From: an uncultured Myxococcales bacterium
GTDB lineage: Bacteria; Myxococcota_A; Polyangia; Fen-1088
Length of the DNA: 64,000 nt
Assembly (NCBI GenBank): GCA_964491125.1
Contig: CAZBFJ010000001.1
Location: forward strand, 168 to 64,167
Reading direction: 5' to 3'
Under the pieces are notes generated by a model. It ran no database searches. It was not told the origin of the DNA and was given only the letters and a program-made list of their open reading frames with translations. Shown here piece after piece: positions 27,977 through 36,638 of the stretch. The position numbers and the translations under genes are program-made. Each line of letters starts with the position of its first letter. The first letter of the stretch is position 1.

Positions 27977-28207
27977 CCCTGCCAGCGACCCGTTCTTGTC
28001 CGGCTGTGGCAAGCCGACCCACGGACCATGCGACCCACCCGCACGGTGGACCGGGCACCAAGAACGAGGACGCCGCCTCGGAGGAAAGGGGTTGAAAGGT
28101 AGGGCATCTATGTCGAACGCCGGCCGCGATCACGATCCGGCCAGCGCGGTGGCCGCACTATACCCGAAAACCACCGGCTACGAACAGGCCCGCTGCCGTT
28201 CCGCTTT

Positions 28208-29884
28208 TCACGAATGGCGCACGGCCTGAGAACGGCGCAGCATCTCGTCGGCGTGGGCGACTGCCTGGGCGGTCTTTGCGGTGCCCCCGAGCATGCGCGC
28301 GATCTCATCGCGCCGTTCCTCGCCCGACAGAACCGACACCCGAACCGTGGTACGCCCTTTCGCCGTCACCTTGGCGACCTTGACGTGCTGGTCGGCGCAG
28401 GCGGCGATCTGGGGCAGGTGCGTGACCGCCAGGACCTGACGATGCCGCGCGATGGCGGCCAGCTTGCGGCCGATCACCTCCGCCGTCCCTCCTCCGACGC
28501 CCGCGTCCACCTCGTCGAACACATAGGTCATGGCCTGCCCCTCCCGGGCGAGGGCCTGCGTCACGGCGAGCATGACGCGAGACAGCTCTCCGCCCGAGGC
28601 AATGCGGTCGAGAGAGCGGGCCTCCTCCCCGGAATTGGGTGCGAAGAGAAAGCGCACCCGGTCGCGTCCCTTGGGCCCAAGGGCCTCGCGCTCCTCGACC
28701 GCGATGGGTACCTTCGCCCCGGGCAAGCCGAGGTCACCGAGCGTCTCGTCGATACGCTTCCCGAGGGTGCGCGCGGCCTTCCGCCGCTGCTCCGCGAGCT
28801 TCTCCGCGACGAGCGCCATCCGCGCCTCGGCCTCGGCCACCGCCGCCCGCCGCGCCGCGAGCCCCTCCTCGAAGGAGCCGAGCTCGGCCAGCTCCTTGGC
28901 GATCTCCTGCTGCCGGCGCAAGGCCTCCTCGACCGAGCCGCCGTGCTTGCGCGCCAGGCGCCCCACCAAGAAGAGCCGCTCTTCGATTTCGGCCAAACGC
29001 TCGGGGTCGAAACGCAGGCGCCCCGCGTAGCGGGAGATCGACTGGGCCGCGTCCTCGATCTGGGCACGCGCCGATTGCAGGCTCTCGACGATGGGTGCCA
29101 GCGCGGGATCGAGCGCCGCCAGCGCCCCGAGCTCGCGCGCCACGCCCGCGACGCGCCCGGCGGCGGCGTCCTCGCCCGAGTACAATGCCTCCTCGCCGCG
29201 CGTGCAGGCGGAGAGGAACTTCTCGGCCCCCTTGCACCGCTCGCGCTCGGCCCGCAAGGACTCGTCCTCGCCGGGCCTGAGCGCCGCCTGCTCGAGCTCG
29301 CTCGCCTGGAAGCGCAGGAGATCCTCGCGCTCGCCACGCGCCCGCGCGTCGGCATCGAAGGTCGCGAGGGCGGCGCGCGCCTCCGAGAGAGCGACGAACG
29401 CGGCCTTGGCCTCGGCCACGAGCACCTGGTGGCCGCCGAAGGCGTCGAGGATGGCGAGCTGACTCTCGGGGTCCATCAGGAGGTGCTGGTCGTGTTGCGA
29501 GGTGATGTCGCACAGCCGGCCCACGGTCGCGGCCAGGTCTGCGGCGGTGGCGAGGCCGCCGCCCAGGTGGACGCGACCACGCCCGTTGCGGGCGATGGCA
29601 CGGCGGACCACCAGCCCCTGCGCGAGCTCGCGACCGTCGGCCACCAGAGAGCGCGCCAGCTCCGAGTCCGGCGGGAGATCGAAGATCCCTTCCACGCGCG
29701 CCTCGTCGGCGCCGGCGCGAATCAGCTCGGCGCTGGCCCGGCCGCCGCGCAGAAGCCCGAGCGCCCCCACGAGAATGCTCTTGCCCGCACCGGTCTCGCC
29801 GGTGATGACCGTGAAGCCTGGGCCGAGCGCCAGCTCGACCTCGTCGATGAGCGCGAACCCGGAAACTCGCAGGAGCGTGAGCAT
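28208..29884 (-). CDS. recN: DNA repair protein RecN
   Basis: 558 aa. Walker A ITGETGAGKSIL, long coiled coils, C-terminal SMC-type signature and Walker B. Confidence 0.92.
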   Translation of the reverse strand: MLTLLRVSGFALIDEVELALGPGFTVITGETGAGKSILVGALGLLRGGRASAELIRAGADEARVEGIFDLPPDSELARSLVADGRELAQGLVVRRAIARNGRGRVHLGGGLATAADLAATVGRLCDITSQHDQHLLMDPESQLAILDAFGGHQVLVAEAKAAFVALSEARAALATFDADARARGEREDLLRFQASELEQAALRPGEDESLRAERERCKGAEKFLSACTRGEEALYSGEDAAAGRVAGVARELGALAALDPALAPIVESLQSARAQIEDAAQSISRYAGRLRFDPERLAEIEERLFLVGRLARKHGGSVEEALRRQQEIAKELAELGSFEEGLAARRAAVAEAEARMALVAEKLAEQRRKAARTLGKRIDETLGDLGLPGAKVPIAVEEREALGPKGRDRVRFLFAPNSGEEARSLDRIASGGELSRVMLAVTQALAREGQAMTYVFDEVDAGVGGGTAEVIGRKLAAIARHRQVLAVTHLPQIAACADQHVKVAKVTAKGRTTVRVSVLSGEERRDEIARMLGGTAKTAQAVAHADEMLRRSQAVRHS

Positions 29885-29929
29885 GTCCTTGTCTCGGCAA
29901 GGCCAGCCTGAAGTTGCGTGCGCTCTACG

Positions 29930-30784
29930 TCAAGCCTTGCGTTCGCCCCAGCCGAGCTTCTGGCGCAGGATCTTGAAGAAGGAATGGCCGGGGCGAAAGA
30001 CGCGCTGGCGACGCTCGAGCCGGTGCACCTCGACCACGTCGCCCGGGCCCATCTCGCGGCTCCAGTGCCCGTCGACGTTGACCACCCCATGGTAAGGCGA
30101 CACGTTGGTCACGGTGATCCCGAGGTTGGCGTGTACGACGAGCGGCCGGTGCGACAGGGTGTGCGGGCAGATGGGCGTCAGCACGATGGCGTCGAGGTCG
30201 GGGCTCAGGATCGGCCCGCCGGCCGAGAGGTTGTACGCGGTCGACCCGGTGGGGCTGCTCAGGATCAGGCCGTCGGCCTTGTAGCTCGTGATGAGGTCGC
30301 CGTTGCTCGAAGCCTGCAGCTCCATCAGGCGCGCGGCTTCGCGCTGATTGATGACGGTCTCGTTGAGCGCGGTCTGGCTCTCGGGAGGCTTGTCCCTCGC
30401 CCGCAGCGTGACGTGCAGGCGCATCCGCTCCTCTACCGGCAAGCGCCCCGCCGCGGCGTCGAGCAGCGCCACCCGCGCCTCCTCGAGGGTGTAGGGCGTG
30501 AGGAAGCCGAGGCTTCCGAGGTTGAGCCCGAGGAGCGGAACGTCGTGCTCGGCGACCAGCTTGGCACCTGAAAGGAAGGTGCCGTCGCCACCCAGGGCCA
30601 CCATCACGTCCACGCGAGCGCCAATCTCGGCCCCCGGCACGGAGGGGAAACCGGGAGGCACCGCCGGCCCGTAGTCCGACACGAAGAGAACGTCTTCGCC
30701 GCGGCCGCGCAGCAACTCGCCGAGCTCCCCCGCCAAGCCAGGGGCCTCGGGGTTGCCGGCGCGGACGATGAACCCGAAGCGCAT
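29930..30784 (-). CDS. nadK: NAD(+) kinase
   Basis: 284 aa. Has the GGDGT motif (VALGGDGTFL), NLGSLGFL and DGLILSSPTGSTAYNLSAGGP. Confidence 0.9.
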   Translation of the reverse strand: MRFGFIVRAGNPEAPGLAGELGELLRGRGEDVLFVSDYGPAVPPGFPSVPGAEIGARVDVMVALGGDGTFLSGAKLVAEHDVPLLGLNLGSLGFLTPYTLEEARVALLDAAAGRLPVEERMRLHVTLRARDKPPESQTALNETVINQREAARLMELQASSNGDLITSYKADGLILSSPTGSTAYNLSAGGPILSPDLDAIVLTPICPHTLSHRPLVVHANLGITVTNVSPYHGVVNVDGHWSREMGPGDVVEVHRLERRQRVFRPGHSFFKILRQKLGWGERKA

Positions 30785-30947
30785 CGGCGCGGATTATGCG
30801 CCCGCGGTAGGGATCGCGCCAAGGGTGTCGTCGTCGCGACGGGGCCCCTGGCAGGACGGCCTTTCGTGGGTGTCGCCGGCCGGCAAGACCAGCCGGTTGA
30901 GAGGCTTGTGAGGAGCGGTCTGGACTACGCGCTCACCAATGCAGCTC

Positions 30948-31130
30948 CTAGGGCTGCATCTCGTAGAAGATGGTGATGCTGAGACAGTGGAACTCGCGAT
31001 CAGAGCTCTGCGTCACGACCTTGTCGATGATCCGAGCCTTGGGGTTGTCGTGAATCCAGCGCGTCAGCACTTCCCCGAGCTCGTCGCGGTCCTTGGCCTT
31101 GGTCGCAGTGAAAACCTTTGCCCCCATCAT
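30948..31130 (-). CDS. Small (60-aa) hypothetical protein
   Basis: MMGAKVFTATKAKDRDELGEVLTRWIHDNPKARIIDKVVTQSSDREFHCLSITIFYEMQP. A strong SD sequence (GGAAGGAGAAG) lies 7 nt upstream of a tandem ATG ATG. Codon usage is GC3-rich like the genome. The track ORF starts 17 codons upstream. Confidence 0.5.
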   Translation of the reverse strand: MMGAKVFTATKAKDRDELGEVLTRWIHDNPKARIIDKVVTQSSDREFHCLSITIFYEMQP

Positions 31131-31362
31131 TGGCGCTTCTCCTTCCGAACTGTCTACGGCACTGTTCGCAAGCTCTCTCACAACCCGCGTGTCCCAGGTC
31201 TACGACGTGATTTGAGAAAGGTAAAGTTCTTTTTTCGTATTTTCGGTTACTACAATTCTATCGGCAGTAACGCGCGGGCGCACGAGACGGTCCTTGACCG
31301 CGAAGATGCGGAATGCTTAATTCTCCCCCTGCCGAAATCGCCCCATCCACCCGGAGGTTTGC
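31131..31362. promoter_or_regulatory. AT-rich divergent intergenic region (probable promoters/leader for rpsU and for the small minus-strand gene)
   Basis: A stretch of only about 35-40% GC (tttgagaaaggtaaagttcttttttcgtattttcggttactacaattctatc) in a 70% GC genome. It contains a TTGAGA ... TATTTT arrangement on the plus strand about 140 nt upstream of rpsU. I infer but cannot confirm promoter function. Confidence 0.35.
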
Positions 31363-31578
31363 TTGGAGACACTGCTCGGACGCCCCCTCGAAGTTGAAGT
31401 TCGGGATTCCATCGAGAAAGCGATGAAAATCCTGAAGCAGAAGATGTCGAAGGAGGGCATCCTGCAAGAGATCAAGCGACGCCGGTACCACGAGAAGCCG
31501 TCGGTCAAGCGCAAGCGCAAGATCCGCGAGGCGCGCAAGCGGCGCCGGCGCGAGGCCAAGAGGCGCGTGCTCCGCTGA
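31363..31578 (+). CDS. rpsU: 30S ribosomal protein S21
   Basis: 71 aa. ...LEVEVRDSIEKAMKILKQKMSKEGILQEIKRRRYHEKPSVKRKRKIREARKRRRREAKRRVLR aligns with S21 (IKVRENE...AGVLAEVRRREFYEKPT.ERKR...). The start is TTG, 5 nt after a GGAGG. Confidence 0.85.
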   Translation: METLLGRPLEVEVRDSIEKAMKILKQKMSKEGILQEIKRRRYHEKPSVKRKRKIREARKRRRREAKRRVLR

Positions 31579-32474
31579 CCGCCTGGCTCGAAGTCCAGAT
31601 CGAAACCCAAGCCGAGGCCGCGGAGATCCTCGCGGCGGAGGTCGGCCCGCTGGTCGGCGGCGTCGAGTTGCGCGACAGCGGCACGCTGCTCGCCACCGAC
31701 CCCGGGCGCACGGCGGTGATCGTGCTGTGCCGGCCGGAGGACAGGACGCATTTGCTGGCCGCCGCGCACCAGGCCCTCGACGCCGCGCGGGCGAGCGGGC
31801 TGGCGGTGGATCCGGTGGTGGTGCGGGAGCGCGCGGCGGACGAGAGCGAGTGGCGCGACGTCTGGAAGCAGTTCTTCCGTGCCACGCGCGTCGGCCGCCG
31901 CTTCGTCGTGCGCCCGAGCTGGGACCCCGGCCCCGCCGTGCCCGCGGAGCTGGTGATCGATCTCGATCCGGGGCGTGCCTTCGGCACCGGCGCCCATCCG
32001 TCCACGCGCCTGGTGATCGGGCTGGCGGAAGAGCTTTGCGAGCGCCGCCCGCAGCTGGCGCGCTTCCTCGATCTCGGCTGCGGGTCCGGCATCCTGTCCA
32101 TCGCGGCGGCGCGTCTCTGGCCGGCCGCGAGCGGCCTGGCCATCGACAACGATCCCGAGGCCACGGCGTGTAGCGCCGAGAACTTCGCGCGCAATCGCAT
32201 CGAGAGCGTGGCGCTGCTCACCGGCACGCTCGAGCGCACGGACGGCGTCTTCGATCTGATCCTGGCGAACATCCAGGCCGACGTGCTCTGCGGGCTGGCC
32301 CCGTCGATGAGCGCGGCCACGGCTGCCGGCGGCTCGGTGATCCTGTCGGGCATCCTGCTCGAGCAGGTCGAGGAGCTGAGCGCCGCCTATCGAGAGGCCG
32401 GGCTGGTGCTGGCCCGCCGCACGGACGAGGGGGAGTGGGCCGGGCTGCTCTTCGAGAAGCCCCCCACCGACTAG
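31575..32474 (+). CDS. prmA: Ribosomal protein L11 methyltransferase
   Basis: SAM motif LDLGCGSGILSIAAA. The frame is open from the rpsU stop: the sequence TAWLEVQIETQAEAAEILAAEV... is conserved-looking PrmA N-terminal domain and lies upstream of the first ATG (31668). The start is therefore probably a non-ATG codon (CTG at 31575, overlapping the rpsU TGA). The exact start is uncertain. Confidence 0.75.
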   Translation: MTAWLEVQIETQAEAAEILAAEVGPLVGGVELRDSGTLLATDPGRTAVIVLCRPEDRTHLLAAAHQALDAARASGLAVDPVVVRERAADESEWRDVWKQFFRATRVGRRFVVRPSWDPGPAVPAELVIDLDPGRAFGTGAHPSTRLVIGLAEELCERRPQLARFLDLGCGSGILSIAAARLWPAASGLAIDNDPEATACSAENFARNRIESVALLTGTLERTDGVFDLILANIQADVLCGLAPSMSAATAAGGSVILSGILLEQVEELSAAYREAGLVLARRTDEGEWAGLLFEKPPTD

Positions 32475-32480
32475 GGCCGC

Positions 32481-33224
32481 ATGCCTCGTCTGTTCGTGCC
32501 TCCCGAGCACCTGCGCGGCGACCGCGCCCTCCTCGACCGGGCCGCCCATCGCCACCTGATCAAGGTGCTCCGCCTCGGCCCAGGAGAGCCGCTCGAGATC
32601 TTCGATGGAACCGGCATCGCGATCGACGCGCGCATCGTCGCGGTGGGGGCGACCTCCGTCGAGGTCACGCTGGGGGCACGGCGACAACTGCCCGCCCCGG
32701 CCTGTGCCATCACCCTCCTCGCCGCGCCACCGCGCGGAGAGCGGATGGACCTCCTCGTGCAGAAGACCACCGAGCTCGGGGTCGGTCGCATCGTCCCCGT
32801 CGAGAGCACGCGCGCCACGGTGAAGGCCAGCCCCCATCAGCGCGCCCGCTGGCAGAGCATCGCGAACGAGGCGGCGCGCCAGTCGGGCCGCGCCGACGTG
32901 CCCGTCGTGACGCAGACCCTGCCGCTCGGTGCAGCCGTCGCCCAGGAGGGAGCCCATGCGCAGGCGCGGCTCATGCTCTGGGAAGGCGAGCGGCGCCGGG
33001 CGCTCGGCGCCGCCTTGACCGGCCGGCCGCAGGCGGTGGCCTTGCTGGTCGGCCCGGAGGGCGGCTTCGCTCCGGAGGAGGCCAGCCTGGCTTCCTCGGC
33101 GGGTTTCGTCGCGGTCGGCCTCGGCCCCCGGGTCCTGCGTTCGGAAACCGCCGCCATCGTTGCCGTGGCCCTGGCCCAAGCGGCGGCGGGCGGGCTCGAC
33201 TGGCCGTCGGCCGAACCACCGTGA
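32481..33224 (+). CDS. rsmE: 16S rRNA (uracil1498-N3)-methyltransferase
   Basis: 247 aa. MPRLFVPPEHL..., a PUA-like N-terminus, and a SPOUT knot with LLVGPEGGF. Confidence 0.88.
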   Translation: MPRLFVPPEHLRGDRALLDRAAHRHLIKVLRLGPGEPLEIFDGTGIAIDARIVAVGATSVEVTLGARRQLPAPACAITLLAAPPRGERMDLLVQKTTELGVGRIVPVESTRATVKASPHQRARWQSIANEAARQSGRADVPVVTQTLPLGAAVAQEGAHAQARLMLWEGERRRALGAALTGRPQAVALLVGPEGGFAPEEASLASSAGFVAVGLGPRVLRSETAAIVAVALAQAAAGGLDWPSAEPP

Positions 33225-33274
33225 CTTCCGCCAATAAACTTGCGGGGGGGCCCGGGCCTTCGCAGAATGGTCGC

Positions 33275-33844
33275 GTGATCAGTTACGCAGCTGTCGCCGA
33301 TGGGATGGGAGAAGCTCCCGCGACTCCGCGTCCGCACGCCGAGGTGGCCCGGGCCTATGCTCGCGAGCGCCCGGTCTTGCGGGTGCGCGCCGCCCGTTTT
33401 CCCCGGCGCCTGGCCGCCGCCCTCGTCGACCTCTCGCTCGTGACCCTGGTCGCCTCCGCCGCCTCCGCGGGTGCCGCCCTGGCGCTCGGCGTGGACTTGC
33501 CGTCGAGCAAGGAGTTCGGCGCAGACTTCGTCATGGCGGGGCTTCTCGATCGCAATCCCATGGTCGCCGGCGCGCTCGGCCTGCTGCTCGGGATGAGCGC
33601 CCTCTACCAGGTCTATCTCGGTGGCATCCTGGGCCAGACGCTCGGCAAGCGCCTCTTCCGGTTGCGTCTCATCTCCGGGCAGGGGCGCGCGCCCGGGCCG
33701 CTCGTGGCCTGCGTCCGCTGCGCGGCGATGGCCCTGTCGGTGGGCCTGGCCGGGCTCGGTTTTCTGTGGTGCATCTTCGATCGCGAGCGGCGCGCCCTGC
33801 ACGATCACCTGGCGGGCACCTACGTGATCGTCGACGAGACCTGA
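33275..33844 (+). CDS. RDD family membrane protein
   Basis: The C-terminal 190 aa of track ORF 32435..33844, with three TM segments and an R..D..D pattern (FRLRLISGQGRAPGP, IFDRERRALHDHLAGTYVI). The start is a GTG at 33275 or an ATG at 33305. Confidence 0.7.
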   Translation: MISYAAVADGMGEAPATPRPHAEVARAYARERPVLRVRAARFPRRLAAALVDLSLVTLVASAASAGAALALGVDLPSSKEFGADFVMAGLLDRNPMVAGALGLLLGMSALYQVYLGGILGQTLGKRLFRLRLISGQGRAPGPLVACVRCAAMALSVGLAGLGFLWCIFDRERRALHDHLAGTYVIVDET

Positions 33845-33869
33845 GGCGCTGGGCCGCACCTGCCGAGCC

Positions 33870-34958
33870 ATGCCCCTCTCCGACATCGCCCGCGCCCTCA
33901 TCCGCCGGGGCGTGATCACCGAGTCCTCCGCGCTGGAGGCCGAGCGACGTAAGAAGCTCTACGGCGGTGGGCTCGACACCGCTCTGCTCGAGCTGCAGGC
34001 CACCGACGAGCCGCGCCTCGTCGCCGAGCTCGCGGAGATCATCGGCGTGCCGCTCGCGACGCCGCAGGCGCTCGCCGAGCCGCCCAACCCCGCCGCCCGC
34101 GCGTGGATGGACGGCGCCACCGCCCAGAAGCTGGGCTTGGTTCCGCGGGCCCTGCAAGGGGACGTGCTCGACGTGTTCGTGCGGCCCGAGCACGACCACG
34201 ACGGCATGGTCGACTGGGCCGCGGCACGCGCCTTGCTCATCGAGCCCGTCTTGGTCTGCGAGGCCCGCTTCCGAGGATTCCTGCACGCTGTGTACGCCCT
34301 GCCCATGCCTCCCCGCTACCTGGCACTGCTCGCTCGTCTGGTCGGCACGACCAGCGCGCGGGCGGTGGTGCGGGACAGCTCCCTGGTCGAGGCCCGCACC
34401 CCGACGCCCGTCGCGACCACGCTCGACCGCATCGACACGCTGCTGGCCGCGGCCCGCCTCGGCGAGCCCGTCGCGCGACGGGCGGCCCTGCGGCGCCTTA
34501 CGCGGCACGTCGGCGAGCCGCGGGTCGTCGCTTTCCGCCACCGCCTGCTGCGCAAGGCGGAGCACGGCGAGCCGGCGATGGCGATCGGCGCCCTCGACTC
34601 GCTGGCCGAGCTGCGCGACAAGAACACGGTTCCGATGATCGCCGAGCTCCTCGAGCGCACCTCGCCCGAGGTGGCGGCCGCCGCCCACGCCGCCCTTGTG
34701 TCCCTGACCTGCGAAGACCTGGGCGGCAAGACTCGCCCCTGGATGGACTGGTGGAGCAAGCACGGCGGCCAGCCGCGCGTCGAGTGGCTGCTCGACGGGT
34801 TGGCCCACAAGAGCCCCGAGATCCGCCTGCAAGCGTCGAGCGACCTGCACGAGCTCTCGCACGCGTACTTCGGTTACCACCACGACCTGCCGGAGCGTGA
34901 TCGGGAAGAAGCCCGCCAGCGCTGGATCGCGTGGTGGCGCGCCCAGAGCGCGAAATAG
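33870..34958 (+). CDS. T2SSE_N (GspE N-terminal/MshEN-like) domain + PBS-lyase HEAT-repeat protein
   Basis: 362 aa. The N-terminus is IARALIRRGVITESSALEAERRKKLYGGGLDTALLEL...IIGVPLATPQ..., which looks like a GspE_N fold. The C-terminus has HEAT-like repeats (AMAIGALDSLAELRDKNTVPMIAELLERTSPEVAAAAHAALVSL). Confidence 0.65.
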   Translation: MPLSDIARALIRRGVITESSALEAERRKKLYGGGLDTALLELQATDEPRLVAELAEIIGVPLATPQALAEPPNPAARAWMDGATAQKLGLVPRALQGDVLDVFVRPEHDHDGMVDWAAARALLIEPVLVCEARFRGFLHAVYALPMPPRYLALLARLVGTTSARAVVRDSSLVEARTPTPVATTLDRIDTLLAAARLGEPVARRAALRRLTRHVGEPRVVAFRHRLLRKAEHGEPAMAIGALDSLAELRDKNTVPMIAELLERTSPEVAAAAHAALVSLTCEDLGGKTRPWMDWWSKHGGQPRVEWLLDGLAHKSPEIRLQASSDLHELSHAYFGYHHDLPERDREEARQRWIAWWRAQSAK

Positions 34959-35024
34959 CCGCCCGCGCCGGACGCCCCCTTCGCCGCTGCCCGGGTCTTG
35001 GGCTGTGGTAGATTGCGCGGCCTC

Positions 35025-36623
35025 ATGTTCGAGACACTGACCAAGGGATTCCGGACCGCCAAGCAGAAGTTCCAGGGGCTGGCGGAGCTCGACGAGAAGA
35101 CCATCGACGAGGCCCTCGCCGACGTGCGCACCTCCCTGCTCGAGGCCGACGTCGGATTCGACGTGGTGCAGGACTTCTGCAGCCAGATTCGCCAGAAGGC
35201 CGTGGGCGTCATCGTCAAGGTCAAGGCGACCGCCAAGGAGAAGGTCCGCCGCGTTACGCCCGAGGATCACTTCGTCAAGCTCTGTCACGACGAGCTCGTC
35301 CACCTGATGGGTCCCGTCGACACGGACCTGCGTTTCGCCAAGAAGGGTCCGACCGGGATCATGATGGTCGGGCTGCAAGGTAGCGGCAAGACCACCACGG
35401 TCGGCAAGCTGGCCCGTTACCTCGAAAAGCGCGGGCGTCGTCCGCTGCTGGTCGCGGCCGACGTCTATCGCCCCGCCGCGATCGACCAGCTCAAGGTGCT
35501 CGGCCAGACGCTCGACATGCCGGTCTTCGCCGAGCCGGGCGGCAGTCCACCGCTCATCTGCGAGAAGGCCCACCGCTTCGCCGCCGAGCACGGCCGCGAC
35601 ACCGTCATCTTCGATACCGCCGGCCGCCTCGCCATCGACGAGCCCTTGATGAACGAGCTCAAGGAGATCAAGCGCCGGACCAACCCGGCCAACATCTTCT
35701 TCGTCATCGACGCGATGATCGGCCAGGACGCCGTCGCCACGGCCAAGACCTTCCACGACTGGCTCGACTACGACGGCGTCATCCTGACCAAGCTCGACGG
35801 CGACGCCCGCGGCGGCGCCGCCCTGTCGGTCAAGGCGGTCACGGGCAAGCCGGTCAAGTTCGTCGGTATGGGCGAGTCCCTCGACCGCCTGGAGGAGTTT
35901 CGCCCCGACGGCATGGCCAGCCGCATCCTCGGCCGCGGCGACGTGGTCGGCCTGGTGCAGCAGTTCGAGGACGTGGTCGACGAAGAGAAGGCCGAGCAGG
36001 ACGCCTTGCGCATGCTCAAGGGGAAGTTCGACATGAACGACTTCCTCGAGCAGATCTCGATCCTCAAGAAGATGGGGCCGCTCTCGGAAATGGTCGAGAA
36101 GATCCCGGGCGTGGCCGACGCCAACATCCAGGTCGACGACAAGGAGCTGGTGCGCATCGGCTCGATCATCTCGTCGATGACCGACGCCGAACGCCGGCAG
36201 CCGGAGCTGTTCGTGATCACCAGCTGGGAAGAGGTGGTCGAGGCCGGCAAGCGCAAGAAGAAGCGCAGCGCCTTCTTCGATCAAAGCCGCCTGGCGCGCG
36301 TGGCCCGCGGCTGCGGTCGCAAGGAAGCCGAGGTCGCCGACCTGCTCAACCGCTTCGCGATGATGCGGCAGATGATGATGCAGCTCGGAGCCTCGTCCGG
36401 CCTCCTCGGCAAGATCCCCGGGTTCAAGCAGCTCGGTCAGCTCAACCAGGCCCGCAAGATGCTCGGCGGGATGGACATGGAGCAGCTCGCCTCGATGATG
36501 AACATGCAGTCGCGCGAGCGCGGCCACTTCCAGGCGCCGACTCGCAACATCGACCGCGCCAAGGACAAGAGGAAGCGCAAGGACGCCCGCAAGGCCCGCA
36601 AGAAGGCCCGGCGCAAGCGCTGA
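35025..36623 (+). CDS. ffh: Signal recognition particle protein Ffh
   Basis: MFETLTKGFR..., GLQGSGKTTT, DTAGR, TKLDGDARGG and a Met-rich M domain with a basic tail. The track ORF starts 9 codons earlier. Confidence 0.93.
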   Translation: MFETLTKGFRTAKQKFQGLAELDEKTIDEALADVRTSLLEADVGFDVVQDFCSQIRQKAVGVIVKVKATAKEKVRRVTPEDHFVKLCHDELVHLMGPVDTDLRFAKKGPTGIMMVGLQGSGKTTTVGKLARYLEKRGRRPLLVAADVYRPAAIDQLKVLGQTLDMPVFAEPGGSPPLICEKAHRFAAEHGRDTVIFDTAGRLAIDEPLMNELKEIKRRTNPANIFFVIDAMIGQDAVATAKTFHDWLDYDGVILTKLDGDARGGAALSVKAVTGKPVKFVGMGESLDRLEEFRPDGMASRILGRGDVVGLVQQFEDVVDEEKAEQDALRMLKGKFDMNDFLEQISILKKMGPLSEMVEKIPGVADANIQVDDKELVRIGSIISSMTDAERRQPELFVITSWEEVVEAGKRKKKRSAFFDQSRLARVARGCGRKEAEVADLLNRFAMMRQMMMQLGASSGLLGKIPGFKQLGQLNQARKMLGGMDMEQLASMMNMQSRERGHFQAPTRNIDRAKDKRKRKDARKARKKARRKR

Positions 36624-36638
36624 CGGCCGCGAACCTGG

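Noticed and set aside
25724-28102. 792-aa plus-strand ORF
   Set aside because: It is antisense to rny and the 5-formyl-THF cyclo-ligase gene. It has no domain content.
33669-36527. 952-aa minus-strand ORF
   Set aside because: It is antisense to the RDD gene, the T2SSE_N/HEAT gene and ffh. It is Gly/Arg/Asp/Leu low complexity.
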